Shown in pieces: positions 1-9,024 of a stretch of DNA of 64,000 nt (positions are counted from its first letter, which is position 1; every line of letters starts with the position of its first letter). Under the pieces are notes generated by a model. That model saw only the letters and a list, made by a program, of their open reading frames with translations, was not told the origin of the DNA and ran no database searches. Both the position numbers and the translations under genes were made by a program. This DNA comes from an uncultured virus (IMG/VR IMGVR_UViG_3300025902_000021) (lineage: Duplodnaviria; Heunggongvirae; Uroviricota; Caudoviricetes): IMG/VR virus record IMGVR_UViG_3300025902_000021; one strand, given 5' to 3'.

Positions 1-78
1 GCCGAAGTCCAGATTCTGGCTTGGGCTGGCAACATGGCGATGTCCAATGCCTCGTTGCAAGGCAAGATGGTCGAGTAG
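1..78 (+). CDS. 3' end of a major capsid protein gene (variant differing from the 37493-38473 copy)
   Basis: Frame 1 reads AEVQILAWAGNMAMSNASLQGKMVE*, homologous to AEVQILAWAGNLTSSGLQFQGRMND* ending at 38473. Confidence 0.9.
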   Translation, partial: AEVQILAWAGNMAMSNASLQGKMVE

Positions 79-154
79 TAAAGGTTTGCGGTCCCTGCCA
101 CGGTTCTTCGGATGTGGTGGGGGCTGCTTCTCAATCCTTTCAAAGGAGAGAATC

Positions 155-598
155 ATGGCAGTAGCAGGTGCAAACATCGCCAACGCAGCGGGTCGTCCCG
201 ACAGTGCTGGCAACCCTTGGACCGCTCGGGTCATCCAAGACCCGATTGGTGCCTATGTCGAAGCCCCGACCGAAACCCGGTTTGCGGCAGCGACCAACTA
301 TATCGGCTTCCAGAACAAGCGGGCGTACAGGACCAACGTCTTGGCACAGGGCAGCATCATTAGTACCACCACGCCCCCGCAACCTGATTGGCAGGTGCCA
401 ACCAACGACAACGATGCCCTCGGCACCGCTGCCCAAGGCGCGCAGTGGGTTCGTGCGGCAGGCACCATTGCCGAAAACGGAACTTGCACGGTAACGGCAG
501 GCGCGGCAACCGCAGGCGCAGGCACGTTCGAATGCAACGTCACAGGCGGCGTCGTCGCTGGCGACTTCTTCTGGGCCAACGTAGTGGCAGAGAGCTAA
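155..598 (+). CDS. Virion structural protein following the capsid gene (possible decoration protein)
   Basis: AAGGAG RBS before ATG 155; Ala/Gly/Thr-rich 147 aa; same protein as 38526-38969. Confidence 0.75.
   Translation: MAVAGANIANAAGRPDSAGNPWTARVIQDPIGAYVEAPTETRFAAATNYIGFQNKRAYRTNVLAQGSIISTTTPPQPDWQVPTNDNDALGTAAQGAQWVRAAGTIAENGTCTVTAGAATAGAGTFECNVTGGVVAGDFFWANVVAES
191..582 (+). repeat. Apparently identical direct repeat, copy 1 (copy 2 at 38562-38953)
   Basis: Direct comparison by eye; overlapping ORF translations in other frames also match; synonymous differences only at the edges. Confidence 0.92.
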
Positions 599-599
599 T

Positions 600-1595
600 A
601 TGCTGCCCGGTCGCCGCACGGCTGACGGCGCATTGTTCGTCACCCAAGGCCCACCTCCTGCCGGCACACCGCTGGTGGGGGGCATTGCTGTCCGTGCGGA
701 CGGCACTATCTACGTGTCGCAGGCGTTCACGCCACCGTTCGACCCGTCCGACCTATTCGCCTCCGGCGAGCAAGGCGCATGGTACGACCCGTCTGACTTC
801 AGCACCATGTTTCAGGATTCCGCAGGCACGACGCCAGTTACTGCGGTGGGTCAGCCTGTCGGGTTGATTCTGGACAAGTCGCAGGGACTGTTGATTGGAC
901 CGGAGTTGGTGACGAATGGTACTTTTAATACTGACACAGCAGGGTGGTCAATCGCCAACACGGTTACGCTGACGATTGATGCAAATCGCGCTAAATATCA
1001 AGGAATATCTGGAAATAACGATATTGTGTATCAAAATGTCCCTACAACCGCCGGAAAGTGGTATCAGGTCAAATGGAAAGCAGAAGCGGGAACAGTTAAC
1101 CCCCGTTTTTTTGTTGGAACCTCGGTTGCTAATGCAGCCCTGTTACCGCTTCAACAAACCGCTGGCGACTTTACCGGCATGTTCTTAGCAACAGGAAGTG
1201 TTGCTGTTGTTCAGTTTTCATCCGCGTATAGCCTATCTCCAAATACTGCGTTTTATGACAACATCTCCGTCAAAGAAATCGCCGGCAACCACGCCTCTCA
1301 AGCCACTGCCGCCGCGCGCCCGGTGCTCACAAACAGCGCGCAAGCGAAGCCGTACCGTAACTTCGATGCTGTTGATGACAACATGACGACAATCTTCCTG
1401 TCGTCGCTTGGTTCAAGTTGTACCGTTGCGCGCTCTGACCCGATCACTGGTGCAGTAATTTTGACAGGGCAGACAATCGGAACAAGTTATTCCGCATCAG
1501 CGGATGACTGTACATTGATTATTGTCGATCGCGATTTAACGAGTCAGGAAACAACCGACCTGACTGCGTGGTTGAATGAAAAGGCAGGTGTCTGA
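600..1595 (+). CDS. Virion surface protein with inserted carbohydrate-binding-like domain
   Basis: GAWYDPSD..TMFQD.AGTTPVT N-terminus shared with 38971-39855; lower-GC beta-rich insert (ELVTNGTF...YDNISVKE). Confidence 0.65.
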   Translation: MLPGRRTADGALFVTQGPPPAGTPLVGGIAVRADGTIYVSQAFTPPFDPSDLFASGEQGAWYDPSDFSTMFQDSAGTTPVTAVGQPVGLILDKSQGLLIGPELVTNGTFNTDTAGWSIANTVTLTIDANRAKYQGISGNNDIVYQNVPTTAGKWYQVKWKAEAGTVNPRFFVGTSVANAALLPLQQTAGDFTGMFLATGSVAVVQFSSAYSLSPNTAFYDNISVKEIAGNHASQATAAARPVLTNSAQAKPYRNFDAVDDNMTTIFLSSLGSSCTVARSDPITGAVILTGQTIGTSYSASADDCTLIIVDRDLTSQETTDLTAWLNEKAGV

Positions 1596-2191
1596 TGGCC
1601 AACTTTTCCGCCTCGATACCCGTCGCTGACATGCAGTCGGCCAATGCCGCGCTCGAACTGGACGGCTTCGGCCCCAACAACTTCAGTGTGCCGGCCTATG
1701 CTGGCCCGTCACCTTCCTTTGGCCTACTTCATTCATGGAGTGATCCAGAATTCGAGGCGGCGGTTGCTGCAATTCCGGGCGTGGTTATCCAGCAAGGGCT
1801 GGCCGATCCGATTGTGACCACCTCGACGCTGGCGAACACGGTAGGCTCTGACTGGGCATCCGATGCAAAGCCGCTGACCGGAAACGTCACGCCGGGGCTG
1901 TACCGCGACGCCGAGAACGTGCTGTGGTGGGTTATTCAAGGATACAACACGGTGACGTATCCAGACCCCGAGGTCATCCCCGCGCTGATCCGCGTGGCGA
2001 AGATTCCCGGCGAGGCTTTGCCATGGCAGCAGCCGCTTGACCAGTACGACGCTTACAAGTTGGTGAACCCCTTCACGGGAGAAGGCGACTACTGCACCCA
2101 CAAGGGCAGCACATGGAAGGTGACTCAGGCGGACGGTGCCGGCAACAATGTCTGGGAGCCGGGTGTATTCGGCTGGACGGTAGTTCCATGA
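1595..2191 (+). CDS. Virion protein with C-terminal CBM5/12-like Trp-rich motif
   Basis: TGATG coupling; THKGSTWKV...NNVWEPGVFGW; homologue at 39852. Confidence 0.6.
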   Translation: MANFSASIPVADMQSANAALELDGFGPNNFSVPAYAGPSPSFGLLHSWSDPEFEAAVAAIPGVVIQQGLADPIVTTSTLANTVGSDWASDAKPLTGNVTPGLYRDAENVLWWVIQGYNTVTYPDPEVIPALIRVAKIPGEALPWQQPLDQYDAYKLVNPFTGEGDYCTHKGSTWKVTQADGAGNNVWEPGVFGWTVVP

Positions 2192-2967
2192 AATACGCGA
2201 ACGGGTTCAAAGTTGATAACGACGGCACATTGCAAGTTGGCCCACCGCCGATCACTCACTATGCGATGGGCCTGCCGTTCAACGTCGATGATGGTCTGGT
2301 GCTTCAGGTCAATGTCCCACCTGCCACGGGCGATGCCTATGTGGGTGGTACGCGTGTCGGCCCGCTGGGTGGGGTGTATGCCGTGGATACCACGCCCGTA
2401 ACAGGCGATGCGCCGGTCAATACCGTTCGCCCAGACACCACGGGCGATGCGAAGATCGGCTCGGTACTGACGACTACCCAAGGCACGTGGACCGGCACCG
2501 CGCCGATCACCTATACCTACCAGTGGTTCAGCGGCATCAACATCATTGTCGGTGCGACGACCAACGCCTACACGGTGCAGGCGAGCGACCTCGGGAATGC
2601 GGTACTCTGTCGGGTGACCGCCACGAACGCCATCGGTGGCTCAACGGTGACCGGCCCCGGCATCCGCATCGTGTCTGCCCGCTACAACTACCTGACCAAC
2701 GCAGGTGTCCCAGCAGAAGGCTTAATCAGCGCAGGAAGCGTCAGCGCACCGAATCAGGTTCGCATCAACGAGGTCGATAAGGACGGCGTGAATCACGCCG
2801 GCCCATTCTCCAGACTACGTATTGGCGACAGCATTTTCGTCGGATCGCAGGAAGGCATCATTCAGTTGGAACCGATTGACGCTGGCGGCTACTACATCTT
2901 CGACATGGTGTCGTGGCCCGCGCTTGCTGATGGCCCCTACGACGTCACGCTTGGCTTTAACCCGTAG
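2188..2967 (+). CDS. Ig-like domain virion protein
   Basis: PVNTVRP..TG.AKIGSVLTTTQGTWTG..PITYTYQW...VLCRVTATN; ATGA overlap; homologue at 40601. Confidence 0.7.
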   Translation: MKYANGFKVDNDGTLQVGPPPITHYAMGLPFNVDDGLVLQVNVPPATGDAYVGGTRVGPLGGVYAVDTTPVTGDAPVNTVRPDTTGDAKIGSVLTTTQGTWTGTAPITYTYQWFSGINIIVGATTNAYTVQASDLGNAVLCRVTATNAIGGSTVTGPGIRIVSARYNYLTNAGVPAEGLISAGSVSAPNQVRINEVDKDGVNHAGPFSRLRIGDSIFVGSQEGIIQLEPIDAGGYYIFDMVSWPALADGPYDVTLGFNP

Positions 2968-3021
2968 CAACGTGTTGGAGTGCCACGTTTCCCAAGCATC
3001 CCACTTACAAGGAAAATCCAA

Positions 3022-3603
3022 ATGAACGCTGAGCTATCGACTTATGACGACGCCTCTCAACTAGCAAATCAAGCTCGGTTTGCTATGGACAGCAAGCTGT
3101 ACGTCACCTTCTACGTCCGGCCCATCATGAACTCTTTCAAGTCGTCTGAGGCAGGGCGCCCCATTTATGAGGAAAAAGAGTACATCCGCATTATCGTTCC
3201 TGGCGACTCCAAGACCACCGTTGATTGTCCGGTAGATAACACCTTCCGTCAGCGTTTTGAGAAGCAGTACAACAAGTTCAAGCAGGGGATCGCGCAAGCC
3301 CTTGAGGGCACCCCTCTCGAAATGTGGCCTCAGATGTCAGTTGGCCTCTGTGCGGAACTCAAGGCGATGAACATCAGTACGGTCGAACAACTGGCCGGTC
3401 TGGATGATGGAAAAGCTCAGCGTATCATGGGATCCCACGATCTGCGCCGTAAGGCCCAAATGTTCCTCGACGCCGCCAAGGGCGAGGCCGAAAACAACAA
3501 AATCGTGAAAGAGCTTGAGAAGCGTGATGATGAGATCGCCCTCCTCAAGACCCAAATGCAGCAACTTCTGGATGCTCAGAAGCCCAAGGCAAAGGCGGCG
3601 TAA
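3022..3603 (+). CDS. Conserved phage protein with coiled-coil C-terminus (morphogenesis region)
   Basis: AAGGA RBS; homologue 41432-42025. Confidence 0.7.
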   Translation: MNAELSTYDDASQLANQARFAMDSKLYVTFYVRPIMNSFKSSEAGRPIYEEKEYIRIIVPGDSKTTVDCPVDNTFRQRFEKQYNKFKQGIAQALEGTPLEMWPQMSVGLCAELKAMNISTVEQLAGLDDGKAQRIMGSHDLRRKAQMFLDAAKGEAENNKIVKELEKRDDEIALLKTQMQQLLDAQKPKAKAA

Positions 3604-3947
3604 TGTCAGACATCTCTGCGATTACAGATCTGGTATTTAAGGACGCAGATGCGGCCCACAAGGCTCATTTGTACTCGCAGAGTTACGCCGAACATATGGC
3701 CCTCGGGGAGTTCTATGAGGGCGCTCGGGACGCTATTGACGAGCTCACTGAGGCTATGATCGGCCTCGGTGACCAGGTTCCCCCCTCCCCGATGGCCACC
3801 CCCGCCAAGGCGCTTGAAGAGTGCTACGTCGAGTTGATGCGGATGCGCAACAAGACCTGCAACGGTGACCCCACCCTGGAAAACCTGTACGACGGCCTCA
3901 CCTCTGTGTACGTGAAAGCCATCTACAAACTGTCGAGGCTCAAATAA
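3603..3947 (+). CDS. Small ferritin/Dps-like four-helix protein (DUF5856-like)
   Basis: AHKAHL..SYAEHMALGEFYE...DELTE motif; TAATG coupling on both sides. Confidence 0.65.
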   Translation: MSDISAITDLVFKDADAAHKAHLYSQSYAEHMALGEFYEGARDAIDELTEAMIGLGDQVPPSPMATPAKALEECYVELMRMRNKTCNGDPTLENLYDGLTSVYVKAIYKLSRLK

Positions 3948-4672
3948 TGGAAGGTACAGCACTTCAGGTAGCACGCCAAGCGGCGATGGAGTTGGGCCTC
4001 CAAGCACCGAACGAGCTTGTTACCTCTCAAGAAGCAACGAACATTCAACTGCTTGGCCTCCTGCAAGCAGCCGGTAATGAGCTGGTCATGGTGTTCGACT
4101 GGGAGTTCCTCACCCGCACCCACGTTATCACTTCCGTGGCTGGTCAAGGGCAGTATCCCGCCCCCACGGACTTCGGGCGGATGCTGAATCAGACCCTGTG
4201 GGACTATGGCAACCGCCGCCCTGCCTATGGCCCGGTATCCCCCCAAGGCTGGCAAGTTCTCACCAACGCGCTGATCTCGGTCGGCCCATTTGCTCGCTAC
4301 CGCGTCGCTCGTGGCAAGACTGAATTCCTCCCCGTCCCAGGCCAAGATGGTCACGTCTTCGACTATCAATATATCTCGGATGGTTGGGTTCAAGACTGGC
4401 AAAATCCAACCGTGTACAAGAACTTTATCACCAACGACTCTGATGTAATCACTTTTGACTTCTGGCTCATGGTGAAGTTCCTCAAGCTCAAGATGTGGCA
4501 GGCGAAGGGGTTGGATATCACCGCTAACCTCAGTGACTTCACTCGCGTGCTCGATGCGATTACTGGGCAAGACCATGGCGGGCCGGTGCTTGGCCTAGCT
4601 AACAGCTTCAAGACTCCGTGGCTTACAATGTACAACGTACCTGATGGCAATTGGAATACTGGGACTCCGTAA
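3947..4672 (+). CDS. Head-tail adaptor / tail tubular protein A-like
   Basis: Position before nozzle gene; DWEFL, GQGQYPAPTDF, GPVSPQGW motifs; homologue 42257. Confidence 0.75.
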   Translation: MEGTALQVARQAAMELGLQAPNELVTSQEATNIQLLGLLQAAGNELVMVFDWEFLTRTHVITSVAGQGQYPAPTDFGRMLNQTLWDYGNRRPAYGPVSPQGWQVLTNALISVGPFARYRVARGKTEFLPVPGQDGHVFDYQYISDGWVQDWQNPTVYKNFITNDSDVITFDFWLMVKFLKLKMWQAKGLDITANLSDFTRVLDAITGQDHGGPVLGLANSFKTPWLTMYNVPDGNWNTGTP

Positions 4673-6243
4673 TGGCCCAAAATAACATCAGCCTCTCCAC
4701 CACCGTACCCGCCCCGACTGGCGGGTTGAACGCATTCAATCCGATTTCGAATATGCCGGAGCAGGATGCGATCATCATGCGTAACTTCTTCCCCGAGCCA
4801 TTTGGTTGTCGGGTTCGGAAGGGGTACAAGGAGCATGCGACGGGGTTGGACGGTGAGGTTAATAGCTTCATGACGTTTGTCTCTTCCGACGGGACTAGCA
4901 AGTTGTTTGCTGTTGATCAATCTCAGGTGATGGACATTACTGCCCCTGGAGACTACTCCGCAGGAACGCCTGAGTGCGCCTCTACAAACTCGTATTGGCA
5001 GCATACGAACTTCGCCAACGTGGCGGGGACGCATATGATTGCGTTTAACGGCGTAGATGACGGCATTCTTTATTCCGATGACGGACTCCACCGCCTAGTA
5101 GCTGGTGACGGTACGACCCCCTACACGTGGGCTGGGGTCGATCCCGCCGACCTCGTTGTACCGTGCATCCACCAGCATCGCGTTTGGGCCGTCGAGAAGA
5201 ACAGCACCAAGGGCTGGTATCTCCCGCCTGAGCAAGTATGGGGGGTGGCTACCTACTTCGACTTTGGCGGTAATTTCGCACGTGGCGGATACCTCCAAAC
5301 GTTGGTTGTGTATACTCAAGACTCTGGCTATGGGCCGGATGACTATTTGGTAGCAATCTCCTCCGCAGGTGACATGTGCATCTACAAAGGGATTGACCCC
5401 TCCGCCTTGGAGACTTGGTCCTTGGTCGGTACGTTCTACACCGGCGCCACCTTCACCCGCCGCTGTACTGCACGTTTCGGTGGGGACATCGCCATCCTTA
5501 CCCGCTACGGTATGATTACAGTTGGCTCCTTGGCCAAGCCGGATAACATCTCCGTCCTCGACAACGCCCTGTCTCAGAGGATTCAGAACCTCATCAGTGA
5601 AGTTATTGGTGAGGGCAGCTATCGCTACGGGTGGGCAATTCTGCTCTACCCCGCCGCGAACATGATGATTATCAACGTCCCTGGCGTCGTGCCGGAGCAG
5701 ACGTTCCAGTTGGTCTACAATACGATCACGAAGGCGTGGTCCATGTTTACAGGGATGCACGCTAACTGCTGGTGGCCGATCTTCGACTCCATTGTATATG
5801 GTGAGAATGGGGTTGTCTACCGCGCTTGGGAGGGGTATCTTGACGGCGTTAAGCTTGACGGTACTGGCGGCGAAATGATCACCGCGGAGTGTCAGCAAGC
5901 CTTCTCGTACTTCAAGCTCCCAGGTCAGAACAAGCACTTCAAGATGTTCCGCCCGACCTTCCTGTTCGCTGGGGAGTTCAAGTACCGCGCCGGGGCGAAC
6001 ATGGACTTTGACTTTGCTACCCAGCCGCCTCCTGCAGCATTCAACTCTGCGTCGTATGGCGTGTGGAATCAATCCCTGTGGAGCACCAACGACGTGTGGG
6101 CTGGGGGGTCACAATCTAGCAAATACTGGGCATCCATTGTAGGGATTGGCTACGCTGCTGCGATTCGCCTCTCCGTCACCACCCCCGCTGAGGTGGTATG
6201 GGTCTCCACGGATTGGCTTTATGAGAGGGGTGGCGTGATATGA
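4672..6243 (+). CDS. Tail nozzle / tubular protein B-like (packaged-DNA stabilisation protein)
   Basis: PAPTGGLN...NFFP....RVRKGY N-terminus; ~523 aa beta-rich; homologue 42976. Confidence 0.8.
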   Translation: MAQNNISLSTTVPAPTGGLNAFNPISNMPEQDAIIMRNFFPEPFGCRVRKGYKEHATGLDGEVNSFMTFVSSDGTSKLFAVDQSQVMDITAPGDYSAGTPECASTNSYWQHTNFANVAGTHMIAFNGVDDGILYSDDGLHRLVAGDGTTPYTWAGVDPADLVVPCIHQHRVWAVEKNSTKGWYLPPEQVWGVATYFDFGGNFARGGYLQTLVVYTQDSGYGPDDYLVAISSAGDMCIYKGIDPSALETWSLVGTFYTGATFTRRCTARFGGDIAILTRYGMITVGSLAKPDNISVLDNALSQRIQNLISEVIGEGSYRYGWAILLYPAANMMIINVPGVVPEQTFQLVYNTITKAWSMFTGMHANCWWPIFDSIVYGENGVVYRAWEGYLDGVKLDGTGGEMITAECQQAFSYFKLPGQNKHFKMFRPTFLFAGEFKYRAGANMDFDFATQPPPAAFNSASYGVWNQSLWSTNDVWAGGSQSSKYWASIVGIGYAAAIRLSVTTPAEVVWVSTDWLYERGGVI

Positions 6244-6725
6244 ACGACATCACCTCTTTCGTCAAGCTGCTTCCGGCAATCCCCGAGGGGGTCAAGCTTG
6301 CTTCCCGCGAGGGCATCCTTGCGATGGAGGCTGCTCTGTGTTCCGTATTCCCCGTTGGGGAGAGTGAGGACATCTTCCCTCTCACCCATCGGTTTGCCGA
6401 TAACGTCTATGCGCGTGAGATCCTTCTTCCCGCAGGAACCATCGTAATTGGAAAGATTCACCGTCATGGTCACCTGAACATAATCACGAAGGGGCATGTA
6501 TCGGTGCTGACTGAGGATGGCGTTGAAGAGTTTCGTGCCCCTCTGACCTTTATTAGCAAGCCTGGTACCAAGCGGGTTGTATACGCCCACGAGGACACGG
6601 TGTGGACTACCATTCACGGCATCAATCCGGCTGAGGCTGGGGATGTTGATATGATCGAAGATCGGATAATCTGCAAGACGTATGCTGAGTACGACCGCTT
6701 GCTGCAACTTGAGGAGAAACCATAA
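6240..6725 (+). CDS. Cupin-fold phage protein
   Basis: HRFADNVYAREILLPAGTIVIGKIHRHGHLN motif. Confidence 0.7.
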   Translation: MNDITSFVKLLPAIPEGVKLASREGILAMEAALCSVFPVGESEDIFPLTHRFADNVYAREILLPAGTIVIGKIHRHGHLNIITKGHVSVLTEDGVEEFRAPLTFISKPGTKRVVYAHEDTVWTTIHGINPAEAGDVDMIEDRIICKTYAEYDRLLQLEEKP

Positions 6726-7732
6726 TGGCATGGGTAGCAGTTGGTGGGGCAGTAGTCGGCGCGGCAACAAGCGCATATGGAAGTTCGCAAGCGTCTAAGA
6801 CATCCAAGAAGGCACAGCAGAGTGCCAATGATGCTCAGAACGAGGCACGGATATATAACACCCTGTTCAACCGTCAGAATGCTGACATGTCTCAGGACAT
6901 GACGCGGGAGAACATGGATTGGGCCAATGCGACGAACCGTGAGAATCAACTGTGGGGACAAGACCTTAATAAGCAAGCGTTGGCTGATCAGCTCTCCAAC
7001 AATCGGCTCTCCGGCACGAATGCCATGGGAACCTCCATGGGCTTCGATGCAAATGGGAACTACACCCAGACGCTCGGCGCTGGCGATCAAGCCAATATGG
7101 ATGCTCTCCGTGGAAAGACTGGCGAGATCATGGGGGGCATGGGGCAACAGTTCGGCGTGAACAACGACGTCATGAACGCCCTCCGTGGCCAGCTCCAGCC
7201 TGGCTATGATCAGAATGCTGCAGCCCAACGTGCTCGTGCTGCGGCCATGGGTGGAGGGTTCGGTTCCGGAAATGCCAATGCGATCATGGAAGATCAGTTG
7301 GGTCGGAACTTCAACGACATGAACCAGAAGGCAGTCCTGGGCGGTCAGCAGGCCTGGCTTGAGGGTCAGAACCTCATGAATAACCAACTCGGTGCGTTGA
7401 ATCAAACCCGCACCGGAATCCAGGCTGGGACGGCTCAACCGGATTACTGGAAACAGGGCAACTACGCTGGCGTTCAAGCTCCGACCGCCCAAGGATGGCA
7501 ATCCAACGTGCAAAACGCAGAGGGTGTCAACGGTCTTGCATCGGCCCAAGCTGGCCAAGTTGCTGGCGCAGGTGTTCAACAAGGCTACAACCAACTGGGG
7601 CAGCAACTTGGTGGGATTGCTTCGACCGGCATCGATCAATGGAATAAGGCAGGAAATACTGCAGCCCCAACCTTAGCTCAGCAAGGTGCAGCTGACTTTA
7701 CCAACGGTTGGAATTCGACCAATTACGGGTAA
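6725..7732 (+). CDS. Internal virion/ejection protein 1
   Basis: Gly/Ala hydrophobic N-terminus, Gln/Asn/Gly-rich; position; homologue 45308. Confidence 0.7.
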   Translation: MAWVAVGGAVVGAATSAYGSSQASKTSKKAQQSANDAQNEARIYNTLFNRQNADMSQDMTRENMDWANATNRENQLWGQDLNKQALADQLSNNRLSGTNAMGTSMGFDANGNYTQTLGAGDQANMDALRGKTGEIMGGMGQQFGVNNDVMNALRGQLQPGYDQNAAAQRARAAAMGGGFGSGNANAIMEDQLGRNFNDMNQKAVLGGQQAWLEGQNLMNNQLGALNQTRTGIQAGTAQPDYWKQGNYAGVQAPTAQGWQSNVQNAEGVNGLASAQAGQVAGAGVQQGYNQLGQQLGGIASTGIDQWNKAGNTAAPTLAQQGAADFTNGWNSTNYG

Positions 7733-7737
7733 TCAAT

Positions 7738-9024
7738 ATGCCACTCTCCTATGATCTTCAAGACCCTGACCTGGACTTCGCTGGCCGCGCTGAGATCCTC
7801 TCGCGCAACCTGAAGCAGGCCCAAGCAGACAAGCTTGCCGAGGCGGATGCCCCGCGCATGCTTGGGAACAATGTTCTCAATACCGGCTGGATGGGCGGGG
7901 TTGCCTCAGCCCTCCAACGCGGCCTGGGCACCTACAATACTACTCAGACTGAAGCCGAGCGCGAGGTGCTGAACAAGGAAGAGTTGCGCCGGTACGATGA
8001 CATCACTCGTCGGATGAATGAGCCAGCTACCAAGACCGTTTTGACCAAGGCGTTGAAGCAAGGGCAGGGTGCGTTGGCTGAGCCTGAGATCGAGGAGACT
8101 TCTCAGCAAGTCCCCCTCGACATGAGCAACCCCAACGATCTGTCAGCAGACAATGCTCGTCGTATGGGGCTTGCAGCAGAGATGTACAAGCTCCCCCGCG
8201 CCCAGAAGGTGGCTCAGGAATACCTCTCCAAAGGGGCAAACTTCCCCGAGGCACTGGCCCTCCTCAAGACGAAGCAGATCGAGCAGGCCATGCAGTCTCA
8301 AGCCTCTCGTGCTCAACAGTTGATGGTTCACCGCGAGAACCTTGTCTCTCGTGAGGAACAGGGTGCTGCAAACCGTGCAGTTACTTCGGCAATCGGGCAA
8401 GGCAACCTTGCTGTTGCTGAGGGGCGGCTCCAAGACCAACGTGATCGGGCGCGTGAGAAGGCAGAGGAGGCCCAACGGGTTAAGCAGAACGCTGTCAATG
8501 CTTCCTTGGGCGCTCTGGCCCCCATCGAGACATCCCTTGCGGGGTTGCTTCTCCCGCCCGACAAGACGGGCAAGCGCGCCATCCGCCCCGAGCTTGAGGC
8601 GTACACTGGTAATATTGATCAGTACATGCCTGACTTCGCACTCAAGCAAGGCACCGTGGATGCTGGCAAGAAGCTCAACGCCTTGAAGGATCAGATCACG
8701 ATGATCAACTTGGCTGCTGCAAAGGCGGCGGTCGGCCAATCCTTCGGCTCCATGCAAGTCAAAGAGTGGGACAAGTTTGTAAATACCCTCTCCAGCCTGG
8801 ATCGTGCTCAAGGCAAGGAGCAACTGGCCGAGAGCTTGCAGTATATAGACAACTATGTACGGAACCACAAGGCTGAGTTGCAAGCTGCTCTGGTCGGTGG
8901 CGGGGCTGGTGCTCCTACGGCACCTGCGGCACCTCGCGACGCTCCCAAGCCTGGGGACATCGTTGATGGAATGCGCTTCCTCGGTGGTGATCCTGGACGC
9001 CAAGAAAGTTGGGGTGCTCCATGA
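7738..9024 (+). CDS. Internal virion/ejection protein 2
   Basis: Helical, Ala/Gln-rich; homologue 46291. Confidence 0.7.
   Translation: MPLSYDLQDPDLDFAGRAEILSRNLKQAQADKLAEADAPRMLGNNVLNTGWMGGVASALQRGLGTYNTTQTEAEREVLNKEELRRYDDITRRMNEPATKTVLTKALKQGQGALAEPEIEETSQQVPLDMSNPNDLSADNARRMGLAAEMYKLPRAQKVAQEYLSKGANFPEALALLKTKQIEQAMQSQASRAQQLMVHRENLVSREEQGAANRAVTSAIGQGNLAVAEGRLQDQRDRAREKAEEAQRVKQNAVNASLGALAPIETSLAGLLLPPDKTGKRAIRPELEAYTGNIDQYMPDFALKQGTVDAGKKLNALKDQITMINLAAAKAAVGQSFGSMQVKEWDKFVNTLSSLDRAQGKEQLAESLQYIDNYVRNHKAELQAALVGGGAGAPTAPAAPRDAPKPGDIVDGMRFLGGDPGRQESWGAP

Noticed and set aside
47..154. N-terminal extension of the 47-598 ORF
   Set aside because: Overlaps the capsid gene end; RBS and the paralogue at 38526 support start 155.
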